Source: a virus
Virus record (IMG/VR): IMGVR_UViG_3300019476_000014
Coordinates: 1 to 49,494 of that record
DNA: 49,494 nt
Strand: one strand, 5' to 3'
In this document: piece after piece, positions 9,349 through 18,405 of the stretch
Position numbering within the stretch: position 1 is the stretch's first letter
Layout: the number at the start of each line of letters is the position of its first letter
The notes under the pieces: model-generated
Seen by the model: only the letters and a program-made list of their open reading frames with translations
Told to the model about the DNA's origin: nothing
The model's database searches: none
Position numbers and translations under genes: made by a program

Positions 9349-10857
9349 TCACGCAATAAAGTAAGCCAATTCATCCTCAAACATGAAGTCTGTAAAGTCC
9401 TCAGCATCCAACAAATCATCCGGTGAAAAGTATTGTCCCTCGGAGTCACCTGCCATAATTGCGCCAATGTTTTGGTATGCATAAATAACAGCATCAAGAA
9501 CGTCAGGGGACTTAATGCCACGCTTACGCATATTCTCTTTCGACTCAATGAGCAGTGCGGACCCTCGGTACTCATATTTGATCGATGCAATCTCGTTATG
9601 CAGCTCGTCGTCGTCAGGAAGATGCACCCTTCCATCAGCGACAGCCTTGGCAAACTGGTCGTACATGGCTGCACGGTAGTTGTACCACTTCGTGCTATCA
9701 CCTGACTTCGCGTTACCGTGAATGCCGACGACGGAAATGGTTGGCGGCACGAAGTTGTAGATGCTGTCGAGCACTGATGCACCGACACCAATAGCGTCAA
9801 TACGGATCTCGACAGCCCCCATCTCCACGGCCAGTTCGCCGACCTTGCGTGCAAGCTCAGGACCGTTCAAGCCCTGATACCGGCCATGAATCCTGATGTA
9901 GCCTCCTTGGTTCGACACGATCACGCTGCTGTCGGAGCCGTATCGGGCTACATCGACACCAATCGTGATCGGCATGCCCTCATCCGGCTCGGAGGTGTCG
10001 TAGGCTTCCATGGACTGCATGACGCGCCCCATGTTGAACAGGCCGTCGTCAGACACGTCAGGGAACTCGCCAAGAACACGTGCGACAAAGCGGGGGTCAT
10101 CCTCGCCCCATTCCTTCTTACGCGCCTCAACCCAGTCAACCTGCACAAGACGAGTCGCGACTTCGACAGGTACGACTTCGCCCGTGAAGTTAGGCGTGTC
10201 GTATGCTCCGAACTGGATGATGTTCCACGAGCGTTCCTCTGGCTTCAGGCGCATCTCCCGCTTGTACACCTCAGCCATGTAGCATGAGGGGTCATTGGGA
10301 TTAGCAATGGCCAGAATGCGCGCGTACTTGTTGGTGGTGATTGCGTCGGCTGCGGTGAAGATTTCCTTGGAAATGCCTCCGGCCTCGTCCATGATGACGA
10401 GGACGTACTGGTCGTGGACACCCTGGAAGCCGGACTCGTCCTTATCGTCTGGCTTCATACCGAAAGCAACAGGGTCCTGACGGTCATCCATCTTCCACGT
10501 CGCATCAGCGTTCACCTTGCCGCGAATACCAGCAACAGCCTTGACACGGGGTATCTCTTTCCACAGGACGTTGCGTACCTGTTTCCAGTTCGTAGCCGTG
10601 GTGACAACTGTCGTGTCATCGACAGGGTGGGTGTCTACCCACCAGTTGACGAGGGTGGCCGACAGCCGGGACTTGCCACAACCGTTAGAAGTGACAACTA
10701 ACGTCTTTTGATGCTGCACGACAGACTGTGAAACTTCACGCTGCTTAGACCACATGAACAGGCCATGGTCTTCAGCCCACTTGTCAGGGTTGTTGCGCCA
10801 CACTTCAAGACGCTGAGCATCAGCGAACTTCTTAGCGACAGCACCAAAAGGCAGCAT
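9349..10857 (-). CDS. terL: Terminase large subunit
   Basis: 502 aa with Walker A-like VVTSNGCGKS and Walker B-like VLVIMDEAGG. Followed by the portal gene. Confidence 0.8.
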   Translation of the reverse strand: MLPFGAVAKKFADAQRLEVWRNNPDKWAEDHGLFMWSKQREVSQSVVQHQKTLVVTSNGCGKSRLSATLVNWWVDTHPVDDTTVVTTATNWKQVRNVLWKEIPRVKAVAGIRGKVNADATWKMDDRQDPVAFGMKPDDKDESGFQGVHDQYVLVIMDEAGGISKEIFTAADAITTNKYARILAIANPNDPSCYMAEVYKREMRLKPEERSWNIIQFGAYDTPNFTGEVVPVEVATRLVQVDWVEARKKEWGEDDPRFVARVLGEFPDVSDDGLFNMGRVMQSMEAYDTSEPDEGMPITIGVDVARYGSDSSVIVSNQGGYIRIHGRYQGLNGPELARKVGELAVEMGAVEIRIDAIGVGASVLDSIYNFVPPTISVVGIHGNAKSGDSTKWYNYRAAMYDQFAKAVADGRVHLPDDDELHNEIASIKYEYRGSALLIESKENMRKRGIKSPDVLDAVIYAYQNIGAIMAGDSEGQYFSPDDLLDAEDFTDFMFEDELAYFIA

Positions 10858-11432
10858 CAGTCACCCTCCATCTCGACAGTCGCCTCAAGCAGGGCAGCGG
10901 GCTTATTCACAGCCTGAGAGAACCAGTCAGCCTTATTCGTCTCCAGGGTGCGCTTTGCTTCAGTCGACAGGTGCGGATACACAAGTGCCGTGTACTCTTC
11001 GAGCACCTGGTTGGTGAACGACAGCATGACTGCTACCTGCTTCTCCTCGATCACCCTGATCTCATGCGTCACGGTCTGTCGCTTCAGGTTCGCAACCTCT
11101 GAGATTTCACGCAAGACCGCAAGAAGACCCTGAAGGTTCGCACCCCAATTGCCCTTATCATCAGCAAGACCAAACATCTCAATCTGCGAGTAGGCCATGT
11201 CAACAAGCGCATCAAGACGGTCAAGCTGCTTGATGCGCATGTTGCGAGGTGAGAGTTCCTGTCGGCTGTCATAATACGCCTGCTCGATAACGAACAGCTC
11301 GTCCGACGTAAAGCCCGTCGCCTCAATGATCTTGTTACGATCAGCGCCACGCTTCAGCAACGACAGGGCAGCATCTCGCCGCCCTTTTACTCCTGGGTCA
11401 TCACTCGTCAAAAGCGTCCGAGATTCGCTCAT
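10857..11432 (-). CDS. Terminase small subunit (putative)
   Basis: Its stop overlaps the terL start. Start chosen at MSESRTLL; the track ORF extends to 11489 but overlaps the upstream gene further. Call is by position only. Confidence 0.45.
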   Translation of the reverse strand: MSESRTLLTSDDPGVKGRRDAALSLLKRGADRNKIIEATGFTSDELFVIEQAYYDSRQELSPRNMRIKQLDRLDALVDMAYSQIEMFGLADDKGNWGANLQGLLAVLREISEVANLKRQTVTHEIRVIEEKQVAVMLSFTNQVLEEYTALVYPHLSTEAKRTLETNKADWFSQAVNKPAALLEATVEMEGD

Positions 11433-11544
11433 TGAACTCACGAATAACCCCCTCGATAGTCTTCTGGAACTTATGATCCAAGTATGCATACATGCCAGTC
11501 ATGCCAACAATCAAGCCGACAAACACACCAATAAGAAATGACAT
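11401..11544 (-). CDS. Small membrane protein (47 aa, one N-terminal TM)
   Basis: MSFLIGVFVGLIVGMTGMYAYL... with RBS cgaaggaggattaATG. The ATG overlaps the upstream stop (TAATG). Confidence 0.55.
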   Translation of the reverse strand: MSFLIGVFVGLIVGMTGMYAYLDHKFQKTIEGVIREFNERISDAFDE

Positions 11545-11786
11545 TAATCCTCCTTCGGAACAGAAGGCAGGTCCTCTACCTTCACGCCAGCTTTCACAGC
11601 CGCGACACGCACAGCATATGCATGTTCTCTCCACACCAATACTTGCCTGCGAAGATGAGACTCAAGATTATCCCGAGCCTCTTTAGTCTCTTGGGCCTTC
11701 TTATAGCGTTCGACACAGAGATCAGCGATAGTTTTGAGGAGAAGGGTTGCGCCAAAAGACACTACTCCAACGATTGCAGTGTTCAA
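11544..11786 (-). CDS. Membrane-anchored coiled-coil protein (80 aa)
   Basis: TTG start after ctAGGAGcacca. N-terminal TM (NTAIVGVVSFGATLLL) followed by a charged helical region. Confidence 0.45.
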   Translation of the reverse strand: MNTAIVGVVSFGATLLLKTIADLCVERYKKAQETKEARDNLESHLRRQVLVWREHAYAVRVAAVKAGVKVEDLPSVPKED

Positions 11787-11794
11787 TGGTGCTC

Positions 11795-12259
11795 CTAGTG
11801 GTTGATGGCCGCCAAGTACTCCTTGCGAGTCCTTAGATATTTCTCTTCGGCCTTTTCCAGTTCTGTCTTTGGCAAGACGCCAGGGCGATACGAGTAAGGC
11901 CATACCCGCAAAGCCCTACCCAGGAAAAACAAGCCGATAATTACCGATAAGATAATAACATGTGTGGGCCACCTGACATGGGCCGTTGGAAGCAGCAACT
12001 CGTCAATCGAGATCAGCAGCATACCGACAACAGCTAGCAGTGCCGCGGGGCCTTCTAGCCACCAACTCCCCCTCCACGCGGAAGGTGCGCCAAGGATCCC
12101 CGACACCAACATGATGAGGCCCGCTACAATAACGACCACTGGCAGGCTCCCTACGCGCAAAAGAAACATGACGCCAGTAACAGAGATAAGGCAGTAGATC
12201 ACCACCATGGCGCCTGTTACTGAACGGGGTTCTTCCATCGTGCTCAATATGTCCTTCAT
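11795..12259 (-). CDS. Integral membrane protein, about 4 TM (holin-like or other)
   Basis: Four hydrophobic stretches. No SD; TATACT lies 8 nt upstream of the ATG, so the transcript may be leaderless. Confidence 0.6.
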   Translation of the reverse strand: MKDILSTMEEPRSVTGAMVVIYCLISVTGVMFLLRVGSLPVVVIVAGLIMLVSGILGAPSAWRGSWWLEGPAALLAVVGMLLISIDELLLPTAHVRWPTHVIILSVIIGLFFLGRALRVWPYSYRPGVLPKTELEKAEEKYLRTRKEYLAAINH

Positions 12260-12312
12260 AGTAATAGTATAAATGACCTACCCACTAAGTAACGTGGGGA
12301 GGCCATTTACAA

Positions 12313-13161
12313 TCACGGATGAACGACACTTGGTACTGATGCCATCAGGCCTGTAGCGCCCCTAGCGAGTGCTGTATCAGCCTGCTGCTGAGTCGTAATG
12401 ATGTGCGCAATCAAAGGCTTGCCTGTCGCCTTGAGAGTGTCCCACACACCCTGCTCAGCATTCCACTCCATACCGAGCACATCGAAGTTCGACAGGTCCG
12501 CGCCTGCAACCTCGTTCGGGTACATCATGCACATGGACTTGTACCCCTTCGCCTTCCCGCGCGCAGCGACACCACCCTGGATGAACTGCTTGATCAGCAC
12601 CCGATCTTTAGCATGTGGAATGGTGTCGAGATAGTCGAACAACGCATTCTCAGAGTCCATGTCCCCCTGCGAACCAGTCGGCTTACTAGATGTCACCTTA
12701 TGGTCGATAGCCAACACAATGTCGTCCCCAACCTGATCGACAACATCCTTTAGCTGCATGAAACCTCCGGATGCCTGTTGTAGGGTCTTGAGCGTAGACC
12801 AGGGGGTGTTCCAGATCTGGTAGTCCGTGCCCGGCACTGTACGGGTCGTCACCCAATCGTGGATCAGAACAAACTCGCCAGTCGAACAGCGGCGCACCGA
12901 CAGCTCCAACGCCTTGAAACCGGCCTTCAATGACTCTGTGAGGCCCTTTTGAGTGAACTCCGGGTACTCGGTACCACCGAGCCTGTGAGCCACGTAGAAC
13001 GGCTTAGAGGCCAGGAAACGATCAACGACACTGCCAGTAGGAGCAGGAGCAGGCTTCGGCACCCTGCGTGTGCCGGCCACCCACTTATCCCCTCCTCGGT
13101 CTCGAACCCAGAGAGTCCCACGCACGTCACCGCCAGCGCGACGCAACCACAGATCAGGCAC
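12313..13161 (-). CDS. Glycerophosphodiester phosphodiesterase (GDPD)-like protein
   Basis: FYVAHRLGGTEYPEFT ... ALELSVRRCSTGEFVLIHDW resembles the GDPD HR..PENT and E.D..hhHD motifs. Confidence 0.5.
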   Translation of the reverse strand: MPDLWLRRAGGDVRGTLWVRDRGGDKWVAGTRRVPKPAPAPTGSVVDRFLASKPFYVAHRLGGTEYPEFTQKGLTESLKAGFKALELSVRRCSTGEFVLIHDWVTTRTVPGTDYQIWNTPWSTLKTLQQASGGFMQLKDVVDQVGDDIVLAIDHKVTSSKPTGSQGDMDSENALFDYLDTIPHAKDRVLIKQFIQGGVAARGKAKGYKSMCMMYPNEVAGADLSNFDVLGMEWNAEQGVWDTLKATGKPLIAHIITTQQQADTALARGATGLMASVPSVVHP

Positions 13162-14173
13162 CGGGGATCACCACCTGGACACCAAGGCCATTCGTCGCCT
13201 GAGCGTTCGGGTACGTGAACACCGCGTCCGTGTCACCCTTGCCCTGGGCGACCGCCACCGTCTGGAGGTTAGAGCCAGACTGAGCCGCGAACTCAACCAT
13301 TTCCCAGCCCTCACTCAGTGTGATCTGGCTACGAGTCTCTTCACCGATAGAACGCTCGAACGCGTACGCGAACACAAGACCCGTGCCCGAAGCCTTCTGG
13401 GCCGTGACCGTTGTGGTCTCCTTCGGCTCCTTTGTCCGATCCTTCGTGCTACCTGCCGTAGGCGTGCCACCGCCGCGCACCGACAGGGCCACATAGCCTG
13501 CCTCGACATCCTTGGCTGTCTTCAGCTCAACCACCTGAGCCCACGGCCCGTAGGCGATAGTGGACTGCTGGGTGCCAACCCAGTATGGTTCGACAAGCAC
13601 TGTCCAACCAGCAGGCCAGGTGAACGCCTGATCCGACTGGGACTTCACGTTGACGCCGACGATCACCGTGTCCCCGGCCTGCCCATCGACAGTGACCGTG
13701 CCTGTGTCGCCCGTGTACTGCCCGCCCGCGTGAGCAATCAGCGTCGCCGTCGTTGCAGCAGCGTGTTCAATAAGGAAGTAGTAGGAACCATCAGGCAGTG
13801 CCTCAGCTTCCGCCTTGGAGGCCACCACATGAATCTCTGGGCGCGTCACGTTGACGTTAGCGACAGGGGCAACCGGGGAGGGCACAACAGGCGCAGCCCC
13901 AACCAGTGCACTGAGCGACACCTCCTGATCAACCGCGAGGCCGATTTCCTTCTCCACGATGACACCACTCGGACCAGTGATACGCACGTCGTATGTGCCC
14001 GGTTCAAGGTCAATCGACACAGGCTGCAACGTGTTCTGCACAACGTAGCCACCAACCAGGATGTCAGTGACAGGATTGTTCGAGCCGACAGGGCTAGGCT
14101 TAGGCGTCACGTACACGCTGATCATCACATGATCGCCAGCAGGGGTCTTGACGCTACCAACAATGCGAGGCAT
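13154..14173 (-). CDS. Hypothetical beta-rich protein (339 aa), possibly cell-surface binding
   Basis: Strong RBS (ttaaggagttgaacaATG). The N-terminus looks like an Ig or carboxypeptidase-regulatory sandwich by composition only. Confidence 0.6.
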   Translation of the reverse strand: MPRIVGSVKTPAGDHVMISVYVTPKPSPVGSNNPVTDILVGGYVVQNTLQPVSIDLEPGTYDVRITGPSGVIVEKEIGLAVDQEVSLSALVGAAPVVPSPVAPVANVNVTRPEIHVVASKAEAEALPDGSYYFLIEHAAATTATLIAHAGGQYTGDTGTVTVDGQAGDTVIVGVNVKSQSDQAFTWPAGWTVLVEPYWVGTQQSTIAYGPWAQVVELKTAKDVEAGYVALSVRGGGTPTAGSTKDRTKEPKETTTVTAQKASGTGLVFAYAFERSIGEETRSQITLSEGWEMVEFAAQSGSNLQTVAVAQGKGDTDAVFTYPNAQATNGLGVQVVIPGA

Positions 14174-14244
14174 TGTTCAACTCCTTAAATTGTTATTGGT
14201 AGTGCTGTGGCCCTGCCACATGATGCGACAGGGCCACGAGGCAA

Positions 14245-14511
14245 TTAGTTGGTGTCGCTGTCAGGCGCACCATAGGCAGGCGCCAAATAGGTACCCCCCG
14301 TATGAACAGCCGCGACGAGCAGGCCAATCACGGACAGGATCTGCTGAGCAACCGTAGACCACTGCTCCCAGTTCTCAGCGGTCCACCCACCATAGGCGAC
14401 ACCAACCATGCCGATGGCAGCAACCAGACCGTAGAGAGCCTTACGGCGCTCAGGGGTGAGCACCGTCCACTTCGTGCGGTCGGTGGTCAGAACTTCATTC
14501 TTCATCTTCAA
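14245..14511 (-). CDS. Holin-like protein (2 TM)
   Basis: 88 aa, strong RBS (taaggaggtttgaagATG), two hydrophobic helices, located in the lysis neighbourhood. Confidence 0.6.
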   Translation of the reverse strand: MKMKNEVLTTDRTKWTVLTPERRKALYGLVAAIGMVGVAYGGWTAENWEQWSTVAQQILSVIGLLVAAVHTGGTYLAPAYGAPDSDTN

Positions 14512-14545
14512 ACCTCCTTATACACATTATACAAAACGTGAACAT

Positions 14546-14590
14546 GCAAAAAGCCCTGGACACTTAAGTAGCATCCAGGGCTTTTTGTTT
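14546..14590. terminator. Bidirectional intrinsic terminator
   Basis: gcaaaaagccctgga-13 nt loop-tccagggctttttg, with an A-run before and a T-run after. Confidence 0.7.
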
Positions 14591-14595
14591 AGTTC

Positions 14596-15798
14596 TCAGC
14601 GGCGCTTGTAGCGTGCGACAGCCAGCGCTACACCACCCACCACGAGGATGCCTGTACCAATCAGGCCAGCAGGCGTAGCGCCCGTCTTAGCGAGCTTACC
14701 CTGTGTTCCACCCTGTGTGCCATGAGGCTTTTCGACAGGTGCAGGAGCGGACGGGGACACGGACGGCACAGGAACCGGCGTCGTTTCGACAGGAGCAGGT
14801 GTCGGATCAGACTGGGGCTTGTCAGACGGCTCCAGCGAAGGAACCGGGGCAGGGGTCGGCATGCTCACATCAGGGGTCGGCACCGGAGAAGGCTCCGGCT
14901 TCGTCATAGTCGTGCCATCACCGTCAGCGCCACCATTCGCCTTGACAGTCGCCGTTGCTTCCAGCTTCACACCGTTCACCTCGGCGTGGTTTGTCACCGA
15001 GGTCTGACCCTCGGGAATACGCATCTGCTCAGGAGGGTAAACCATACACACCTCCACATCATCAGGGGCCGTGAACTTAATCGTATTCTTATCCACCTGA
15101 ATAGCAGAGATGAACACAGTCGTATTCGGGTCCCATGTAGCGCCCTTCGCGCACTTCACGTCGGTGTTCAGCGCCGTATCGAAGTCCTTCACGGTGTACT
15201 CCGTGCCTCCTTCGGCAATGAACTTAATGCCCCACCCAACGGTGCCATTAGCATTCGTCCAACCAAACTTAACGTTGGAGGGGTCAGCATACTCGTAGTG
15301 GGCGGGACCCCGGCAGTCGTTAGAGCACTTGCCTGTAGCGTCCTTGTCGCCCCACACGAGGGTCTTTACGACCTCACCATTCAGGCTGATCTTTCCCTCA
15401 TTGGTACCGACAGCAGCATCCTGAAGGCGCGCACGCGCCCACCAGGTACCCTTCACGTCCTTCTTATTGACATAGGCGTCAGGGATTGTCGTAACCTTAC
15501 AAGTCAATGTCGCCTCGTTGGCAGTGCACTCACCGATCTGAGACCCGTCATCAAGGGTGAAGGGGAACGAGGCGTTCCACTTGAACCCGCCATCAACGGA
15601 TGCGACGGTGAACGACTGGCCGACAGTAAGGTGCTCAGTCTCCCACGTGCCAGACACGTTGACTTCAGAACTAGTCTGTCGGCTCATGGACTGCGCCGAG
15701 GTGACTGTAGCGGTCATGGTGTCGCCTACTGCGTAGGCGGCGGCAGGTGCAGCTACGAGCATGCCAACACCAGCGGCGGCTGTGATGATCTTCTTCAT
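14596..15798 (-). CDS. Sortase-anchored (LPXTG-type, LAKTG) cell-wall surface protein
   Basis: Signal peptide MKKIITAAAGVGMLVAAPAAAYA, a Pro/Thr/Ser-rich stalk, then LAKTG plus a hydrophobic helix plus RYKRR at the C-terminus. Strong RBS ataaggagaaaaacaATG. Confidence 0.85.
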   Translation of the reverse strand: MKKIITAAAGVGMLVAAPAAAYAVGDTMTATVTSAQSMSRQTSSEVNVSGTWETEHLTVGQSFTVASVDGGFKWNASFPFTLDDGSQIGECTANEATLTCKVTTIPDAYVNKKDVKGTWWARARLQDAAVGTNEGKISLNGEVVKTLVWGDKDATGKCSNDCRGPAHYEYADPSNVKFGWTNANGTVGWGIKFIAEGGTEYTVKDFDTALNTDVKCAKGATWDPNTTVFISAIQVDKNTIKFTAPDDVEVCMVYPPEQMRIPEGQTSVTNHAEVNGVKLEATATVKANGGADGDGTTMTKPEPSPVPTPDVSMPTPAPVPSLEPSDKPQSDPTPAPVETTPVPVPSVSPSAPAPVEKPHGTQGGTQGKLAKTGATPAGLIGTGILVVGGVALAVARYKRR

Positions 15799-15827
15799 TG
15801 TTTTTCTCCTTATCGGTAGTGGAAGGG

Positions 15828-15859
15828 GGGCCGGTAGTTACTATTGTGACTACCGGCCC
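15828..15859. terminator. 11-bp GC-rich hairpin without a U-tract (possible terminator or insulator)
   Basis: gggccggtagt-10 nt-actaccggccc, between the endolysin stop and the LPXTG gene RBS. Confidence 0.35.
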
Positions 15860-15873
15860 TCACTATTCTCAAC

Positions 15874-16896
15874 TCAGTGCTGCGTGACAAGCCTCACAGT
15901 ACCATCGGCATCCTGCTCAACCGTCATCCGACCGTGGACAAGCTTGCCATCTTCACCAAAGATCGAGCACCCACCATCAAGACGAGTCTGACACAAGCCG
16001 ACAGCCATAGCACCCGTATCAGACAAGAAGTAATCGTCCCCCTGATACGACAGCCACCCGGTACGCATAGCACCATTAGCTTCCAGGTAATACCACTTAC
16101 CCTTAAGCTGCACCCAGCCGGTCTGCATCTCACCCTTCGAGTTCAGGTAGAACCAATGTTCACCATCCTTCACCCAACCGGTCTCCATAGCACCATAGCG
16201 CCCATCATGAACCGGGTGCAGGTAGTACCAGTGGCCATCAATGTGCTGCCAGCCAACCTGAATCCAGCCCTTCTCATTGGCGTAGTACCACGAACCGGCG
16301 ACAGGAAACCAGCCAGTCTCGAAGTTGCCAGCAGGCAGACGATACCACCAGCCACCATCCTGCGACACCCAGCCCTCCTTGTTCAACAGCTCAAGGTCAA
16401 GGTCGTCGTAGTACTGCTGAGCCTTCTCAATGTACTCATTCGCATACGCATCACGCAGCGAAGCCGGGCACTCAGTCGAGTAGAAGTCGCTATGAGGGAA
16501 GACGTTCACTCGCCACTGCGGACGGCCCAAGCCGTAACCTCGACACAAGGCAGCAGTGAGGTGTGCACCAGCATCCAGTGTCTCCTCACTAATGTCCCAG
16601 CCACCATCAGCACCAGTGGAGTTCGCGTGCTCAATACCAATCGACTTCTTGTTCACGCCCGGGCAATGCCAGGCCGTGTCAGAGTCATGGACGTACTGGC
16701 AAATATTGCCATCAATGTCCACATCATAATGTGCACTCGTACCATTCGAGCTGAACGCACCATACACGCCACTAAAGCTCATCGCCTTACCGGCGTTATG
16801 GTGGACAACAACACGATCAAGAGCGTTACCACCACGCCCATCATCAAAGTTGTCAATCCACATATTCGTGTCGGCAACGAGGTCTTGCCAATTCAT
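15874..16896 (-). CDS. Endolysin: N-acetylmuramoyl-L-alanine amidase (Amidase_2/PGRP) with six C-terminal CW_binding_1-type repeats
   Basis: VVVHHNAG, SAHYDVDIDGNICQYVHDSDTAWHCPGVNKKSIGIEHAN and PHSDFYSTECP match amidase_2 motifs. Six GW..(D)G.WYY....G.M.TGW repeats follow. Confidence 0.85.
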   Translation of the reverse strand: MNWQDLVADTNMWIDNFDDGRGGNALDRVVVHHNAGKAMSFSGVYGAFSSNGTSAHYDVDIDGNICQYVHDSDTAWHCPGVNKKSIGIEHANSTGADGGWDISEETLDAGAHLTAALCRGYGLGRPQWRVNVFPHSDFYSTECPASLRDAYANEYIEKAQQYYDDLDLELLNKEGWVSQDGGWWYRLPAGNFETGWFPVAGSWYYANEKGWIQVGWQHIDGHWYYLHPVHDGRYGAMETGWVKDGEHWFYLNSKGEMQTGWVQLKGKWYYLEANGAMRTGWLSYQGDDYFLSDTGAMAVGLCQTRLDGGCSIFGEDGKLVHGRMTVEQDADGTVRLVTQH

Positions 16897-17177
16897 CTCT
16901 TCAACTCCCAGTGTCCGAAGTCTCTCAGTTCCGTTTCAATCATATCAGCAAAGAACTTCTCCCCTTCCGGGGTCACAAACACCTGCCAATGATAACTAGG
17001 CCGCTTACCACCCCGAGTAATAGCCCGACGCACACCAAGCAAACCCTCAGCCTTCGGTGTTGGCATATTAATACCGCCACGGCGCTTCAGATAACCCTCA
17101 CGAGCCAGCAGCCTAATGACCTTAAAAGCCCCAATACTACCAATGCCCCTAGCAAACTCAAGCAGACTCGGTTCCAT
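16893..17177 (-). CDS. Hypothetical protein (94 aa)
   Basis: ATG overlaps the upstream stop (TGATG); the stop overlaps the endolysin start (ATGA). Confidence 0.55.
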   Translation of the reverse strand: MEPSLLEFARGIGSIGAFKVIRLLAREGYLKRRGGINMPTPKAEGLLGVRRAITRGGKRPSYHWQVFVTPEGEKFFADMIETELRDFGHWELKR

Positions 17178-17602
17178 CACACACCATCCACATCAGTAAA
17201 GAAAGCAGCAAACGGATCATCACCCGGATCAGCGAACATGACATCAACAGGCCCAGGCTCAGTATCAACAGGTCGCAGAACATCCTTCGGACGCCGCATC
17301 GTCTTCAAAATAAGCGTCCAGTCGATAGGCAGGTAATCATTCAACAAGATCATGTCCTTGATATTCAGACTGCCACGGACCAGCTTATTGTAGAAATACC
17401 GATCCGAGTGTCCCCCAACCTTGCGCCCATCCTTGAACGCCGACAGGCCCGCGTCAATGAATTGCGCAAGCACAAGCGCTCGAAAATCATCAAGACGAGC
17501 CTCGACATCAGCCGGGTAATCCATCTTCTTTCGCGACGCTCGCGCATTCGCCATCCGCGCACGCGCAGCTTCCAGCTTCACAGGATTCTCGATCTTACTC
17601 AC
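17177..17602 (-). CDS. Hypothetical protein (141 aa)
   Basis: GTG start overlaps the NrdH stop (GTGA). Confidence 0.55.
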   Translation of the reverse strand: MSKIENPVKLEAARARMANARASRKKMDYPADVEARLDDFRALVLAQFIDAGLSAFKDGRKVGGHSDRYFYNKLVRGSLNIKDMILLNDYLPIDWTLILKTMRRPKDVLRPVDTEPGPVDVMFADPGDDPFAAFFTDVDGV

Positions 17603-17844
17603 TTGCCAGCCTCCTTCTTGATCATGTCAGGGCGGAACCCCGACCAATGCTTCACGATAGCTCCCTTGGCATCCTTCACAACAACGACAGGGGCCTGACT
17701 GTACCCGAGGCTCTGAATGAACGACAGGGCCTCAAGGTCCTCAGACACGTCCACACTCTCGTGCGGGGCACCCAGCCCATTCAGCTTGCGGTACGTAGCC
17801 ACACACTGAGGGCAACGAGGCTTAGAGTAAACAGTAATGCTCAA
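17599..17844 (-). CDS. nrdH: NrdH-like glutaredoxin
   Basis: CPQC redox motif and the C-terminal WSGFRPD signature. TTG start placed 7 nt after the dUTPase stop; the longer track ORF overlaps dut. Confidence 0.7.
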   Translation of the reverse strand: MSITVYSKPRCPQCVATYRKLNGLGAPHESVDVSEDLEALSFIQSLGYSQAPVVVVKDAKGAIVKHWSGFRPDMIKKEAGK

Positions 17845-17851
17845 CTTCTTC

Positions 17852-18253
17852 TCACTTTCCAGTCGAACCAAAGCCACCCTGTCCACGCTTCCTCGTGGAC
17901 AAAGCAGGCTCAGCATACAATTCAGACAGGCTTTCCAGTCGCAGGACCACGATCTGCGCAATGCGCTCGTGTTCTTCAAGAACGACAGGGCTGTCGGTCA
18001 GGTTATGCAGTGGCACAAGAACCTCACCCTCATACCCGGAGTCGATCACACCGACACCATTGGCGAGGATCAGGCCCTTCTTGTGCAGCGACGAGCGGGC
18101 AAAGACAAGGCCGACAGCATCCCCGGGGATGTCGAACATTTGCGGCATGTAGCCCGTCTTCACCATGATGGTCTCATGAGGGTAAATGATGTATGGGATC
18201 GGCACCTCCAAGTCTGCCCCCGCGTCGCCGTCATGCTGCCTGTAAGGTCGCAT
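17852..18253 (-). CDS. dut: dUTP diphosphatase
   Basis: AGADL, RSSL.KKG, GVIDSGYEGE, ERIAQ and RGQGGFGSTG motifs. Confidence 0.9.
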   Translation of the reverse strand: MRPYRQHDGDAGADLEVPIPYIIYPHETIMVKTGYMPQMFDIPGDAVGLVFARSSLHKKGLILANGVGVIDSGYEGEVLVPLHNLTDSPVVLEEHERIAQIVVLRLESLSELYAEPALSTRKRGQGGFGSTGK

Positions 18254-18284
18254 TTCTTTCTCCTTCCTCTTTGTTGGTAATAAT

Positions 18285-18319
18285 GTGAGGGCCTGTCTTT
18301 ATGTTCGACAGGCCCTCAC
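18285..18319. terminator. 13-bp perfect hairpin (possible attenuator or terminator)
   Basis: gtgagggcctgtc-9 nt-gacaggccctcac. The minus-strand reading contains GGGCCTGTCGAAC, the core of repeat array B. Confidence 0.35.
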
Positions 18320-18405
18320 TGTGCGTGTTGTAAGCCCGCACAAGGCCCGTACCTGGAAGGACGAACCCTCCTAGTACGTGTTCCTGAGATCAGAGGCGCG
18401 CTGTC

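Noticed and set aside
18340-18375. A T-loop-like ggagg-gttcgtc-cttcc on the minus strand (possible second tRNA)
   Set aside because: The loop does not fit the TTCRANN consensus. No acceptor-stem complement or anticodon arm could be built around it.
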